From an uncultured virus (IMG/VR IMGVR_UViG_3300047440_000469) (lineage: Duplodnaviria; Heunggongvirae; Uroviricota; Caudoviricetes): a stretch of DNA of 64,000 bases. The stretch lies in the IMG/VR virus record IMGVR_UViG_3300047440_000469, one strand, 5' to 3'. The position numbers were made by a program, and so were the translations under genes. Numbering within the stretch: position 1 is the first letter of the stretch; every line of letters begins with the position of its first letter. Of this stretch, positions 36,095-45,378 are shown piece by piece. The notes below the pieces were generated by a model. That model had not been told where the DNA came from and made no database searches. It was given only the letters and a program-made list of their open reading frames with translations.

Positions 36095-37720
36095 CTAAGG
36101 CGTTCCTGCCATCGAGCCGCCGGTGGCGAGGCCCGAATAATCAAAAACGATATCGCTATGACCAGGCTTCCACCGCCGCAGCAGGCATTCGAGATCGGTC
36201 GCGATTCCGATGCGCAGGTGCGGATCGACACCGGCCTGTCCGGACGAGGCGCGAAACCACGACAAGCGCGCCTTGTCGATATGGACGGTCCAATAGAACC
36301 GCATCTCCGGCGGTCCGATTTCCCAGCGCCAGTCGCCCCATTGATCGCGGGTATCGCCGCATCGCGAGACGCCGCACATGAAAGGTGCATATTCGGTGAT
36401 GCGGATCTTGTAGCCGATGCGGGCGCTTGCATCGACGAAGAACTGCCGTGACTGGCCGCCCAGCAGGGTCATCTTGGTGACGAGCGCGATCTGGCGGTCG
36501 GCGATGGTGAGCGGCTCGGCGATGCACGGATCCGGCAGGCCCCAGTTGCGCTCCCAATCCGGCAGCAGCTCGACCGTCCGGCGCGGATCGGATTCGCGCT
36601 CCAGGAGATCGGCGGCGCGGCTATCGAAGAACCCGAACACCTGGGCGAGGCCGCGCAAGGCGGTCATCAGGACGGTTTCGGGTTCGCGCGGCCAGGCGAG
36701 CCCGGGAGGCAGCAGCGCTGCCAGGGCGTCGGCATAGTCGTCCCCGCCGCGCCGTACATGGCGGTCAGCCCGGCCGGGTGCGATCGGACGAAACGACCAG
36801 ATCTGATGCAGAAAACTTGAGCCCAGCACCGGAGCGCCGGCCGCAAGATCGGCCGCCGCGAGTGTCTGGCTCAATTCCGGTGCGCCCAGCACTGCGGCCG
36901 GGTTCTCGAGCGAAGAGGCCGCAGGAAGCTCGTCGATGACGCCTGGCGCCCCCAGCACTGGCGATCCTGCCGCCAGCGCAGCGGCGATCCATATGTGTTT
37001 CTGCTTCAGCGCCGATGTGTCCAGCACTGGCGCCGATACGGCCAGTCCGGCGGCGCTTAGTTCGTTGGCGGACGAGCTGCTATAAGGGGCAGTCGGCGGC
37101 GTGAAATCGCTGGTGTTGCGCGCAATGCCTTTGCTGAAGCGAAATTCGTCAATATAGCCAGTGAAATTGTAGACGCCATCGCCACCGACCGGTATTGGAT
37201 CGGAGGACGTCACTGGCGTCAAACTGGACGTCCAACTATCAGTCTCGATGCCGTTATTAAAGCAATGATAGGTATTTCCGGATCGAACGACTTGCAGATG
37301 CTGCCAGGTGTTCAGCGTAACCGAGCCAAGTGATCTGGCCTCGGCAATGTCGTTGGAGGTTCTGTTCGACGACGAATAAAAATACCAATCAGAGCTGTAG
37401 CGATAAATCGAAAAGGCACCGAAATAAGCAAATCTGCCCACCAGCTGGGCGCCGCCGGTGGCCGAGGTAGGATAAACCCACAGATCAATCGTGTAATCGC
37501 CGTCGACATGCCAGTCGGCATGGTCCGGCGTGTCGATGTAGGCCGAGCCGTTGAAAAATCCTGACGCAGCGCCGAACTTCTTCTGCGCGGTCGCGAGCGT
37601 CGCCGTGTGTGCGGTCCAGGTCTTGGCCGCACCGCCGGCATTGCTGTCGGTGAAGGTGGTCGAGCCGTTGCTGCCGTCGAAATGCAGCAGTGACTTGGTA
37701 TAGGTATCGTTGCCGGCCAT
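36095..37720 (-). CDS. LamG-like lectin + four ~23-aa repeats fused to a Mu gp48/YmfQ-like baseplate protein
   Basis: SLLHFDG...DYTIDLWVY...GYIDEFRFSKGIAR; LLPPGLAWP, ELLPDWERNWGLPDPC, LECLLRRWKPGH. Confidence 0.85.
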   Translation of the reverse strand: MAGNDTYTKSLLHFDGSNGSTTFTDSNAGGAAKTWTAHTATLATAQKKFGAASGFFNGSAYIDTPDHADWHVDGDYTIDLWVYPTSATGGAQLVGRFAYFGAFSIYRYSSDWYFYSSSNRTSNDIAEARSLGSVTLNTWQHLQVVRSGNTYHCFNNGIETDSWTSSLTPVTSSDPIPVGGDGVYNFTGYIDEFRFSKGIARNTSDFTPPTAPYSSSSANELSAAGLAVSAPVLDTSALKQKHIWIAAALAAGSPVLGAPGVIDELPAASSLENPAAVLGAPELSQTLAAADLAAGAPVLGSSFLHQIWSFRPIAPGRADRHVRRGGDDYADALAALLPPGLAWPREPETVLMTALRGLAQVFGFFDSRAADLLERESDPRRTVELLPDWERNWGLPDPCIAEPLTIADRQIALVTKMTLLGGQSRQFFVDASARIGYKIRITEYAPFMCGVSRCGDTRDQWGDWRWEIGPPEMRFYWTVHIDKARLSWFRASSGQAGVDPHLRIGIATDLECLLRRWKPGHSDIVFDYSGLATGGSMAGTP

Positions 37721-38823
37721 CAGACGACCGTCATGACGCCCGGCACGGCCATGCAGCCATTATTGGGCATCGGGCGATCGTCCATGTTCAAGTCGAAGGA
37801 ATTCACCCCCGGCGTGTTGAGGATGGCATCCGACACCCAGGCCGCAAAGATGGTCTGCGCCGGCTGCAACACGCCGTTGAGCGCGAATGCCGGCTTGGCC
37901 TTGTCGCGCAGCATCTTGGCGACCGAGGCCTCGATGGCGGCGCGGATCGCCGCCGTGTCGGCATCGAGCTGAGCAATGGTGAAATCGATCGGCAACGGAA
38001 TGGGGGCGACGACGAAGAAGTCCTTCACCGCGACCGGCCGCACGATGTCGAGGTAGGCCTGCACGGCGTCGATGTCTTCCTGCAGCGGAAACCCGCCGTT
38101 TCCGGCGCGCAAGTCATCGCACATGAACCGCACCGTCACGGTGCCGATGCCCATTTCATTGGGCGCACACCACGCCCGCGTCACCCCGGCGACCCGCGTG
38201 GCCCAGGCGACATAATCCTCGGCGTCGCCGCCCATCGGCGGCTGCTGGATGCGCTCGAGCACCCGGCCGCGCAGCTCGTCGATCGTCTCGGCCTCGGCGC
38301 CACCTTGCAGCGACAGCACCGTGGCCTGGCCGTCGACACCGGGAATGGCGGCGACGAAACTCAGCGTCATCCCGGCGTCCAGGTTGCCGGCGACGCCGAC
38401 GGTCATCGCCTGCAAATGGACGGGTGTTGCTTCGTTACCGAGCATGATCTGCTCGGTGGTCTCGAACAGGGTTCCGTCGATGCCGGACAGCCGGGTGGCG
38501 AGCGGAATGGTGATTTCCATCTGCCCGGTCATGGTGACGATGCCGGTGGCGCAACTGCCCGGCTTGCGTCCGCGGGTGCCGTCGGCGTTGACGAGCCAGA
38601 TGACGCCCTGGCGTTCCAGCCATTCGTCCTCGGCGGTGTCGGGCAGCAGCTGTTTGGCGAGCCAGTCGACATACAGGAGGCATAGATAGGCGAGGCCGGC
38701 CATGGCATCGGAAACGATGCGTGTGACGGAATTGGGCACCATCGCCTTGGCGCGCAGTTTCGCCAGCACATTGTCGCGCGTGGTCGCCCGTAACGACTTG
38801 AGAGATGGCGTGAGCCAGGGCAT
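37720..38823 (-). CDS. Baseplate J / Mu gp47-like wedge protein
   Basis: QLLPDTAEDEWLE, PPMGGDAEDYVAWA, GTVTV. Confidence 0.9.
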   Translation of the reverse strand: MPWLTPSLKSLRATTRDNVLAKLRAKAMVPNSVTRIVSDAMAGLAYLCLLYVDWLAKQLLPDTAEDEWLERQGVIWLVNADGTRGRKPGSCATGIVTMTGQMEITIPLATRLSGIDGTLFETTEQIMLGNEATPVHLQAMTVGVAGNLDAGMTLSFVAAIPGVDGQATVLSLQGGAEAETIDELRGRVLERIQQPPMGGDAEDYVAWATRVAGVTRAWCAPNEMGIGTVTVRFMCDDLRAGNGGFPLQEDIDAVQAYLDIVRPVAVKDFFVVAPIPLPIDFTIAQLDADTAAIRAAIEASVAKMLRDKAKPAFALNGVLQPAQTIFAAWVSDAILNTPGVNSFDLNMDDRPMPNNGCMAVPGVMTVV

Positions 38824-39317
38824 CAGATTTCGTCCCACAGCGCCTGATAGCGCAGCGCCACCGCCGGCAGCGGGCCGCGGTACATGACGATGGCGCCCGA
38901 TATCTGGCTCGCGCCTGCGCGCTCCACCGTGACGGCAAAGCGGCTCGCGACCTTGGCGTCGAGGAACGGCTTGAGACAGGCGCGGATATAGCGCTCGATG
39001 ATGGCGACAGTGGCGCCCTCGCGCGCACCGACGTCGGTGATCTTGGCGCGCCGCAGCAGCCACAGTTTCGAACCGACCGGCCAGCCCTGCCAGAGCTCGG
39101 CAGCGTCGATATCGCCCCACCAGCCGCGGCGGTCTTCGTCGTCGAGGCCCGGCAGCGCATCGTCCGGAGCGGCCCTGGCGTCGGTTGCCAGCGCGACGCT
39201 CACGGCGCTGGCGAGCTCCTGGGTCTCGTCGAGCATGCCGTCGGGACGCTGCAGCCAGTCGAAAGTCACCGAGACCGGCGAGGGAATGAGGATATCGACG
39301 ACGCGAATGTCGGGCAT
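38823..39317 (-). CDS. Mu gp46-like baseplate protein
   Basis: RRGWWGD...GSKLWLLRRAKIT. Confidence 0.88.
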   Translation of the reverse strand: MPDIRVVDILIPSPVSVTFDWLQRPDGMLDETQELASAVSVALATDARAAPDDALPGLDDEDRRGWWGDIDAAELWQGWPVGSKLWLLRRAKITDVGAREGATVAIIERYIRACLKPFLDAKVASRFAVTVERAGASQISGAIVMYRGPLPAVALRYQALWDEI

Positions 39318-39319
39318 TT

Positions 39320-39955
39320 TTACTTGCCTTTCTTCGTTCGCTTCGCGGTCGCGGCCATCGCCATCTCACTGTCGCTCTCGCCGATCGCGGCAAACACCTT
39401 GCTGCTCGGCCCGTCGACGGTGACGACGGCGTGGCTGGCGCTCTCGGCGCCGAGATAGGTGTTGCCGCCCTTGCAGGTCACGCTCGCCGAGCCGTTCTGC
39501 ATCTTCACCTTGTCCTTGGTGGCCAATAGGTGCGATCCGTCGGCGGTCTGAAGGTGCACGTCGATGCCGGCCGGCGCATGGATGACCAGGCCCTTACTTG
39601 AGAGATAAACCTGCAGGCCCTGATGATCGTAGAGCACCACCTCGCCTTCGGCGAGATTGTTCGGGCGGTAGCGGCGGTCGAACGTCTGGTTAACGACGCC
39701 GTGCGAGCGCGAGCCAGCGAGGAAGGTGACCAAGGCCTCGGCGCGCATCTTCTGGCCGTTCTCGGTGGTGGGTCCTTTGACGACGGTCGAAAACCCATAA
39801 GGATGCGCGTGCTCGATGGTATCCATCGACTCGCTGTGAAAACCGCGCAGGTGCATTTCCTGCAGCAGCGGCGCGTCATCGACCTTCTCGACCGTCATGC
39901 GGCTGACGCCGGTCAGTGCCCGGGTGCCGATTTCGCGGGTAGTGGCGTATTTCAT
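39320..39955 (-). CDS. Mu gp45-like baseplate spike
   Basis: HPYGFST, GSRSHGVV...DRRYRPNNLAEGEVVLYD. Confidence 0.85.
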   Translation of the reverse strand: MKYATTREIGTRALTGVSRMTVEKVDDAPLLQEMHLRGFHSESMDTIEHAHPYGFSTVVKGPTTENGQKMRAEALVTFLAGSRSHGVVNQTFDRRYRPNNLAEGEVVLYDHQGLQVYLSSKGLVIHAPAGIDVHLQTADGSHLLATKDKVKMQNGSASVTCKGGNTYLGAESASHAVVTVDGPSSKVFAAIGESDSEMAMAATAKRTKKGK

Positions 39956-39958
39956 GGC

Positions 39959-41080
39959 TCATCCATCTGGCGGCACAGGTGTTGCGGGATTACTGCCGGG
40001 CGGCAATCCGGCGCCCGAATAGGCCCCGGCCGACAATGCGCTCTGCAGGCAGCATTCGATGATCGAGACAGTACCCTCTTCGTTGCTCTGCCGGTGCTTG
40101 ACGCCGGCGACCGAGAGCACCACGCCGTCGGTCGGAAACAGCGACGGCGAATAGATCGTGACCTGCTTCCACACATGCTCGCACCAAATCTTGCCGGCAT
40201 CGTCGAGCCAGCCTGCGACGGTGATGTAGACCTGCACGACGGTGCCGAGGTTGGTGGCAGCCTCGAAATTAGTGCGATGCAACAGGTCGCCCTGGTCGGC
40301 CGGCATCTCCGCGACGATGATACCGGGCCGGTAGGCCTGCCAGGTGCTCTTGGCGAGCGCGGCCACGTCGCGCGCCCGGTCAGCATGGTGCGTGTCGTTG
40401 CCGAAGTTCTGCCCATGCCCCCAGATGTCGGCCTGCGCCTCCTCGACCGACATCACCGCATGGGCGTCCTCGATGTTCTTGCCCTCGACGAGGTCGGCAA
40501 CCGATCCGGAAGTATCGCCGCGCCCGGCCACGAGATTACCATTGGCATCGTCAGTAAGGTGCAGATTGCGGAACCTGGCGAGACGCTCGATCGCCTGCTT
40601 GGCGGTCTCGCCCCAATGAATGCTGACCCGCTCGAATTTCTTGTCGGCGCCGTCGGTTGATCCGGAAAGCGATACCTTGACGCCGAACGGCTTGGCAATC
40701 TTGTTCGCGATCTGCAAAAAGGTCGCGTTCTTGTATTGCCCGATCGCGTCGACCGGGGTCGACACCGGCAGCGATGCGGTCTTAGAAGCAACCACGATCT
40801 CGATCTGTTTGGTCGTAGCCGTCAAGATGACCTGGCGCACCGAGACAAACCCGTCGGTCATCACGGTGCGGCCGCCGAGGATGACGGTCACCGGCCCGTC
40901 GCCGGGCTTGAGCCGCAGATTTGACCAGCCCCGCGGGGCGTCGGGCGGCGTGATCTCCATCACCCGGACGCGTAGATGCGAGGTGACGTTACCGATCTTG
41001 CGCTCGAACTCGATAAATTCCCACTGACTGTAAATGGTGCCGCCGACCTTGATCTGGCAGACTTCCTCGGGCTTGGGCAT
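39959..41080 (-). CDS. Mu gp44-like baseplate hub
   Basis: GET...IERLAR...DDANGNL...LVEGKNI; position in the operon. Confidence 0.8.
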   Translation of the reverse strand: MPKPEEVCQIKVGGTIYSQWEFIEFERKIGNVTSHLRVRVMEITPPDAPRGWSNLRLKPGDGPVTVILGGRTVMTDGFVSVRQVILTATTKQIEIVVASKTASLPVSTPVDAIGQYKNATFLQIANKIAKPFGVKVSLSGSTDGADKKFERVSIHWGETAKQAIERLARFRNLHLTDDANGNLVAGRGDTSGSVADLVEGKNIEDAHAVMSVEEAQADIWGHGQNFGNDTHHADRARDVAALAKSTWQAYRPGIIVAEMPADQGDLLHRTNFEAATNLGTVVQVYITVAGWLDDAGKIWCEHVWKQVTIYSPSLFPTDGVVLSVAGVKHRQSNEEGTVSIIECCLQSALSAGAYSGAGLPPGSNPATPVPPDG

Positions 41081-41090
41081 AAACGGAGGA

Positions 41091-41276
41091 TCACCCGCGG
41101 ACAGGTGGGCCGTAAACCTGCCACCCGAGCAGCAGGAACAGAACGAAGTCCAGAAATGTGCTGGCGATACCGACGCCGTGCGAATAGCCGCCGAGCGCTC
41201 CACCTCCGAAATTCGCAAGAAGGGCGAACACGGCCCAAACCAGCATCAAAACCCAAAATATCAGGCCTCTGCTCAT
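41091..41276 (-). CDS. Small two-TM membrane protein
   Basis: GGAGAG SD; LIFWVLMLVWAVF and FVLFLLLGWQVYG. Confidence 0.7.
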   Translation of the reverse strand: MSRGLIFWVLMLVWAVFALLANFGGGALGGYSHGVGIASTFLDFVLFLLLGWQVYGPPVRG

Positions 41277-41287
41277 GATGTTCTCTC

Positions 41288-41962
41288 CTAAGCCGACAGC
41301 CCCTTGATCGCGAGCGGACAGAAGCAGGGGTGGACGATCTTATTCTCGGCCACCAGCTCGGCGACCCGCGCGGCGTCACCATAAAGCCGCTGGGCGATCC
41401 ACAGCGCCGGCATGGATTGCGGCAACTGGTAGGCGATCATGCGCGGCAGCGGCCGCGCCCGGGTGCCGAGATCATTGGTCACCGCTGCCGCCAGCGCGGT
41501 GAGCGCGACATAGACCTCCTGGTCGAAATTGTCGGAGGCGTAGAGCACCGCGCGGTCGATCGCGGCGCCATAGCGGTCCATGGCGGTCTCGACGTCGTCG
41601 CGGCTGGTGAAGGTGGTCGAACTGAGGATCTGCGCTTCCTCGATGAGGCAGAACCGCACCAGGGCGGCGGCCAGCAGTTGACCGGGCAGATACTGCGGCG
41701 CCTCGGCCTCGACCGCGAGCCTCACCCGGCCCATGCCGTCGAAGCTCGCACCGGCCGCGACCGCCAGTTCAAAACATTCGAACAGGTCGGCAGCCACCGC
41801 CCCGGCCGCAATCTTGACCGTCGATCCCGCCCGCAGCGCGCCGACCGCCTGGCGCAAATCCGCCGACGCCGGATCCATGAGTGGCGCCGGGTCCTGCGCC
41901 AGCAACACGGTCAGCGCCCGCTGCAGGATGGCGTCGGCCTCGGTGAGTTCATGCTTGCGCAT
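41288..41962 (-). CDS. Mu gpN (DNA circularisation) C-terminal-like protein
   Basis: PALWIAQRLYGDAARVAELVAENKIVHP. Confidence 0.8.
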   Translation of the reverse strand: MRKHELTEADAILQRALTVLLAQDPAPLMDPASADLRQAVGALRAGSTVKIAAGAVAADLFECFELAVAAGASFDGMGRVRLAVEAEAPQYLPGQLLAAALVRFCLIEEAQILSSTTFTSRDDVETAMDRYGAAIDRAVLYASDNFDQEVYVALTALAAAVTNDLGTRARPLPRMIAYQLPQSMPALWIAQRLYGDAARVAELVAENKIVHPCFCPLAIKGLSA

Positions 41963-42486
41963 CAGGCGAGACTCGGTCCCAACCCGCCGCGCCCCTGCGA
42001 TTGCGGCGACGACAAGCCATCATCGAGCGTTTTCTGCGTAACTGCTGCAGCATTCCCGGAAGCCTGCTGCACGTTGCCGGCGGCATCGGTCTGAAAGCTC
42101 GAAGCCGGCAATCCGCCCGCCTCGGTGAACGTCATCTCGAACTCGGCCATGCGGCCGCGCTGGCGGCGCTCGACCACGGCATAATGGTCGACGTTGACCT
42201 GTTGCTCGCCCTGGGTGGGCAGTACCAGCAGGCCTGGCCCTTCCTGCTCCAAGGCATCGATGAGGGCGTCGCGCCGGCTGATATAGTCGGCGCCGATCAC
42301 ATAGGCCGAAACGGTGAAGCGGCGGGCGCGCCGGCCCAGGTCCTCCGAATAGGGCACGTCGCGCTTGGGAAATTCGTGCACGACGTCGCGGCGGCCGCCG
42401 CCCTTCTCGCGCGATTCCACATGGAACTCAATGCCGCGGAAAGTCGCCGGATAGAGTTGTGAGCGCCAGACTTCAGGCATTTTCAA
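41962..42486 (-). CDS. Mu gpN (DNA circularisation) N-terminal domain protein
   Basis: ATFRGIEF...HEFPKRD...EDLGR...GPGLLVLP. Confidence 0.88.
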   Translation of the reverse strand: MKMPEVWRSQLYPATFRGIEFHVESREKGGGRRDVVHEFPKRDVPYSEDLGRRARRFTVSAYVIGADYISRRDALIDALEQEGPGLLVLPTQGEQQVNVDHYAVVERRQRGRMAEFEMTFTEAGGLPASSFQTDAAGNVQQASGNAAAVTQKTLDDGLSSPQSQGRGGLGPSLA

Positions 42487-44597
42487 TCCGCCGCGCGCTG
42501 CATGGTTCGGCCTCTGTTGAGTTCGACCTCGTCGAAGATGCCGTGCGTCTCAAGCCACGTCCTGGTGCCGCTCGGCATGTTCTTGAAATCGACCGACAGC
42601 TTCGCGCCGCCCGACACTTCGACCGGTGCAGCGGCAGCGCCGACGCCTGCGGCCTTGGCTGCTTCGTTAAGCCCGGTGAGCGGCCGCACGCCAAAGCGCG
42701 CATCGGTCGGAAAATCGCGGCCGTAGCCCATCTGCTGGGCGAGCGGCCCGGAGATGTCGACGCCGCGCTTCGTCCAGCCCGCCGGCCCGCGGTCGATCAG
42801 CGGTGCCGTGAACTTGCGGCCATCGGGCGTCGTGACTTCGTACATGTCGCCCATCCGCCCGCCGCTCGGCAACGCGATCCCGGATGTCGTCGCCGCCGAA
42901 AGGCCGCTTGCGGTTTGCCGGTCGCTGAAGGTCGAGGCCGCGACCTGGCCGGGGCCCCACTCGAAATGGCCGAAGTCGGGATTACGCCAGTCGCCGCCCG
43001 AAATCATGTTGCGCCGGCGCAGGATCTCGCCGAGCGTGTCCTGATGGCTCGAGGCCCAGCTGCCGAATTCCTTGCCGACGACATTGCGCGAGCGCTGGGC
43101 GTAATCGAGCGCCGTGCCATAGGCGTGCTGGCTCCACTTGTCGGAGCCAGCGATCTTGCGCTGATTGTAGGAGCCGATGTCGCCGATCGGTGCACCCGCC
43201 GCCACCATGTCGTCGACGAAGCCTTTCATGTCCGCCGCCGCCGCCTTGTTGACCGTGATCGGCCCGGCCGCGGTCTGCACCGTGACCAGCTCGCCCGGCC
43301 CTGGCAGGGCGCCTTTCATGAAGTTGGCGCCGCCCCTGCCGCCAAGGCCCGGCCCGCCGATCATGCCGGCGCCCGATCCGGTGCCGCCGCGCGGCCGAAA
43401 TCCGCCGAAGCCCGTGTGCGCGCCGATCATGGCGCCGTCGTTCCCCGTGCCGAACAGTTCGCGCATGGCCTGGATGACGCCTTCATAGGTGCCCTCACGC
43501 GTGGTCTTCTTCTGCTCCTCGGCGCCGAGCGCGCCCCAGCGATCGGCGAAAGTGCTTCCCGAAGACAATGACGGCTGCTCGATCTTGCGCAGCAACGAAT
43601 CCAGGCCGCCGCCTGGCGCCCCGCGCTCAACGATTTGAGGAGTGCGGCCGCGCCGCCACCAGTCGACAATCGCCGATCCCGATTGTTTGGCGGACGGCGA
43701 GTACATTTCGCTCGGGAAGTGGCCCTTGGCCACGACCTCGTTGTTGAAAATTCGCCACTGATTGATTTGTGCGCTCAGCCAGTCGGCCAATTGCGCGCCG
43801 GGCCCGGTGACCAGGAGGCCGATCTGATTGCCGAGGTTCTCGAAAGAGATTTTCGAACCGTCCCAGGCCTCCTGGAAGTCCTTTGCGTTCTTGATCGCTT
43901 CGGGCGTCCACCGGTCGAGCTTGGCCCTGATCTTCGCGAGTTCCTCGTCGAGCGGCCCTTGCATCTGGCGCAGCACGTCGGGCAACCCAGCGGCGGCCAT
44001 CAACTCGGCGCGAAATCCTTCCGCCACATTGGCCGGCAGCCTCTTGATGCCTTCGAGCAGCGTGTTGAGCGACTCCATGTGAGTCCTCGTCTTGCTCATG
44101 TCGGCAAGCAGCGGCGCCAGCAACGGCCGCGCAATCATGTATTGGTAGAGCGCGCCGGAACGTTGGCGCAGCTGGTCGTCGAGAAAAGCAAAATTTCGGA
44201 TCGAATCATCGGCCTGCTCGCGGCTGACGCCGAGCTTTGAAAACACACCTTCGAGCTCGCGCAGCGTCTGCATCGACGTGCCGGTCTGGCTCGATAACTG
44301 GTTCAACTCGCGGATGCGACCGGACACCGTGAAGGCGGCGGTGCCAAAGCCGGTAATCGCCGCGCCCAGCGACACCGTGGAGACGCCGATCGCCGCCAGC
44401 GCCGGGGCCATGCCGTCGCGCAACAGGCCGGTGGTGTCTCGTATGCTGCGCTGGAAGCGGTCGGTCTCGCGGCCCTGCTCGCGCGAATGATGCGATTCGG
44501 TATCGCGCACGCGCTTGAGCGCGCGTTGCAATTCTGTTGCAGTACCGCTGAATTTATCGACAAGTTCGGCCGAAATTCTGAGCGTGTCATCGGCCAT
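42483..44597 (-). CDS. Tape measure protein with M15-like peptidase and DPBB-like domains
   Basis: Helical N-terminus; SQHAYGTALD...DFGHFE; IDRGP...GVDIS. Confidence 0.8.
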   Translation of the reverse strand: MADDTLRISAELVDKFSGTATELQRALKRVRDTESHHSREQGRETDRFQRSIRDTTGLLRDGMAPALAAIGVSTVSLGAAITGFGTAAFTVSGRIRELNQLSSQTGTSMQTLRELEGVFSKLGVSREQADDSIRNFAFLDDQLRQRSGALYQYMIARPLLAPLLADMSKTRTHMESLNTLLEGIKRLPANVAEGFRAELMAAAGLPDVLRQMQGPLDEELAKIRAKLDRWTPEAIKNAKDFQEAWDGSKISFENLGNQIGLLVTGPGAQLADWLSAQINQWRIFNNEVVAKGHFPSEMYSPSAKQSGSAIVDWWRRGRTPQIVERGAPGGGLDSLLRKIEQPSLSSGSTFADRWGALGAEEQKKTTREGTYEGVIQAMRELFGTGNDGAMIGAHTGFGGFRPRGGTGSGAGMIGGPGLGGRGGANFMKGALPGPGELVTVQTAAGPITVNKAAAADMKGFVDDMVAAGAPIGDIGSYNQRKIAGSDKWSQHAYGTALDYAQRSRNVVGKEFGSWASSHQDTLGEILRRRNMISGGDWRNPDFGHFEWGPGQVAASTFSDRQTASGLSAATTSGIALPSGGRMGDMYEVTTPDGRKFTAPLIDRGPAGWTKRGVDISGPLAQQMGYGRDFPTDARFGVRPLTGLNEAAKAAGVGAAAAPVEVSGGAKLSVDFKNMPSGTRTWLETHGIFDEVELNRGRTMQRAAD

Positions 44598-45195
44598 CGA
44601 ATAACTCCATTTGCCCTGGATGCCAACGAGCGTATGCGCTTCTATTTCCCTTGTTTGCGATTGCGATTTTATTTCTGGTCGCAGCGGATACGTGATGCCC
44701 CTGCAAAGCCTCGCTAATTTTCCTACAAGTTTCCTCTGGCAATTTGCCTTTTGGAATGCCCTTTTGCCTGGCGGACAATGCAATTTTCATTGCGTCAGTT
44801 CTCTTCTTGCCAAGATTTCCGGCCCTGATTTTTTCTACGTGCTCAGCCGTCAATTTATATCCGCGTCTATATTTTTTCCGGCGATTAGCCTCAGCAATTT
44901 TTATCTTTGCCTCTTCGCTATGCCGAGAACCGTGGCAACCACCAGACGCCTTGTTCCATCCGATGTGCGGTCTGGGACGAAGCATAGCTTCATAGGCCAA
45001 ACATTGTTCCTTCGTTCCTTCAAAGAGAATTGTGCCTTGAAAACCCCGCGGAAAATTCCCGCGTTTTCGGTGTTCTATCAATCTTCTTTTTAAGGTGCGA
45101 ACAGTGATGCCAATATATCCGCAGCTTTCTGGACGAATGCAAATATCGTTGTGCAGCCAATAAACGATGGCAAGTTGTTCGTCGCCAGCCATCAA
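44587..45195 (-). CDS. Free-standing GIY-YIG-like/NUMOD3 homing endonuclease
   Basis: VYW...YIGIT...RLIEH...E...GWN..GG; repeats HSEEAKIKI, LPEETCRKISEA; low GC. Confidence 0.8.
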   Translation of the reverse strand: MMAGDEQLAIVYWLHNDICIRPESCGYIGITVRTLKRRLIEHRKRGNFPRGFQGTILFEGTKEQCLAYEAMLRPRPHIGWNKASGGCHGSRHSEEAKIKIAEANRRKKYRRGYKLTAEHVEKIRAGNLGKKRTDAMKIALSARQKGIPKGKLPEETCRKISEALQGHHVSAATRNKIAIANKGNRSAYARWHPGQMELFDGR

Positions 45196-45378
45196 TCCTC
45201 CTCCGGCGGTCTGATCTGAGCGAGGCGGTCCATGGTACGCCGATAGAGTTCGCCGACGAGGTCGGGATCAAGCCGCATGTAGATCAGCGGGTCGCACTTG
45301 TAGAACATGGCGAGGTCGATGCAGGCGTCTACGATGCCGCCGGCGGCGGCTCCTCCATCCTCGGCACGAAAAAAGGGG
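45192..45378 (-). CDS. -1 frameshift extension of the tail assembly chaperone
   Basis: -1 frame open from the slippery site to 45192: ...IVDACIDLAMFYKCDPLIY... Confidence 0.7.

Noticed and set aside
41288..42486. Pseudogenised Mu gpN
   Set aside because: Both halves are clean ORFs joined by a TGATG overlap, consistent with a natural split.
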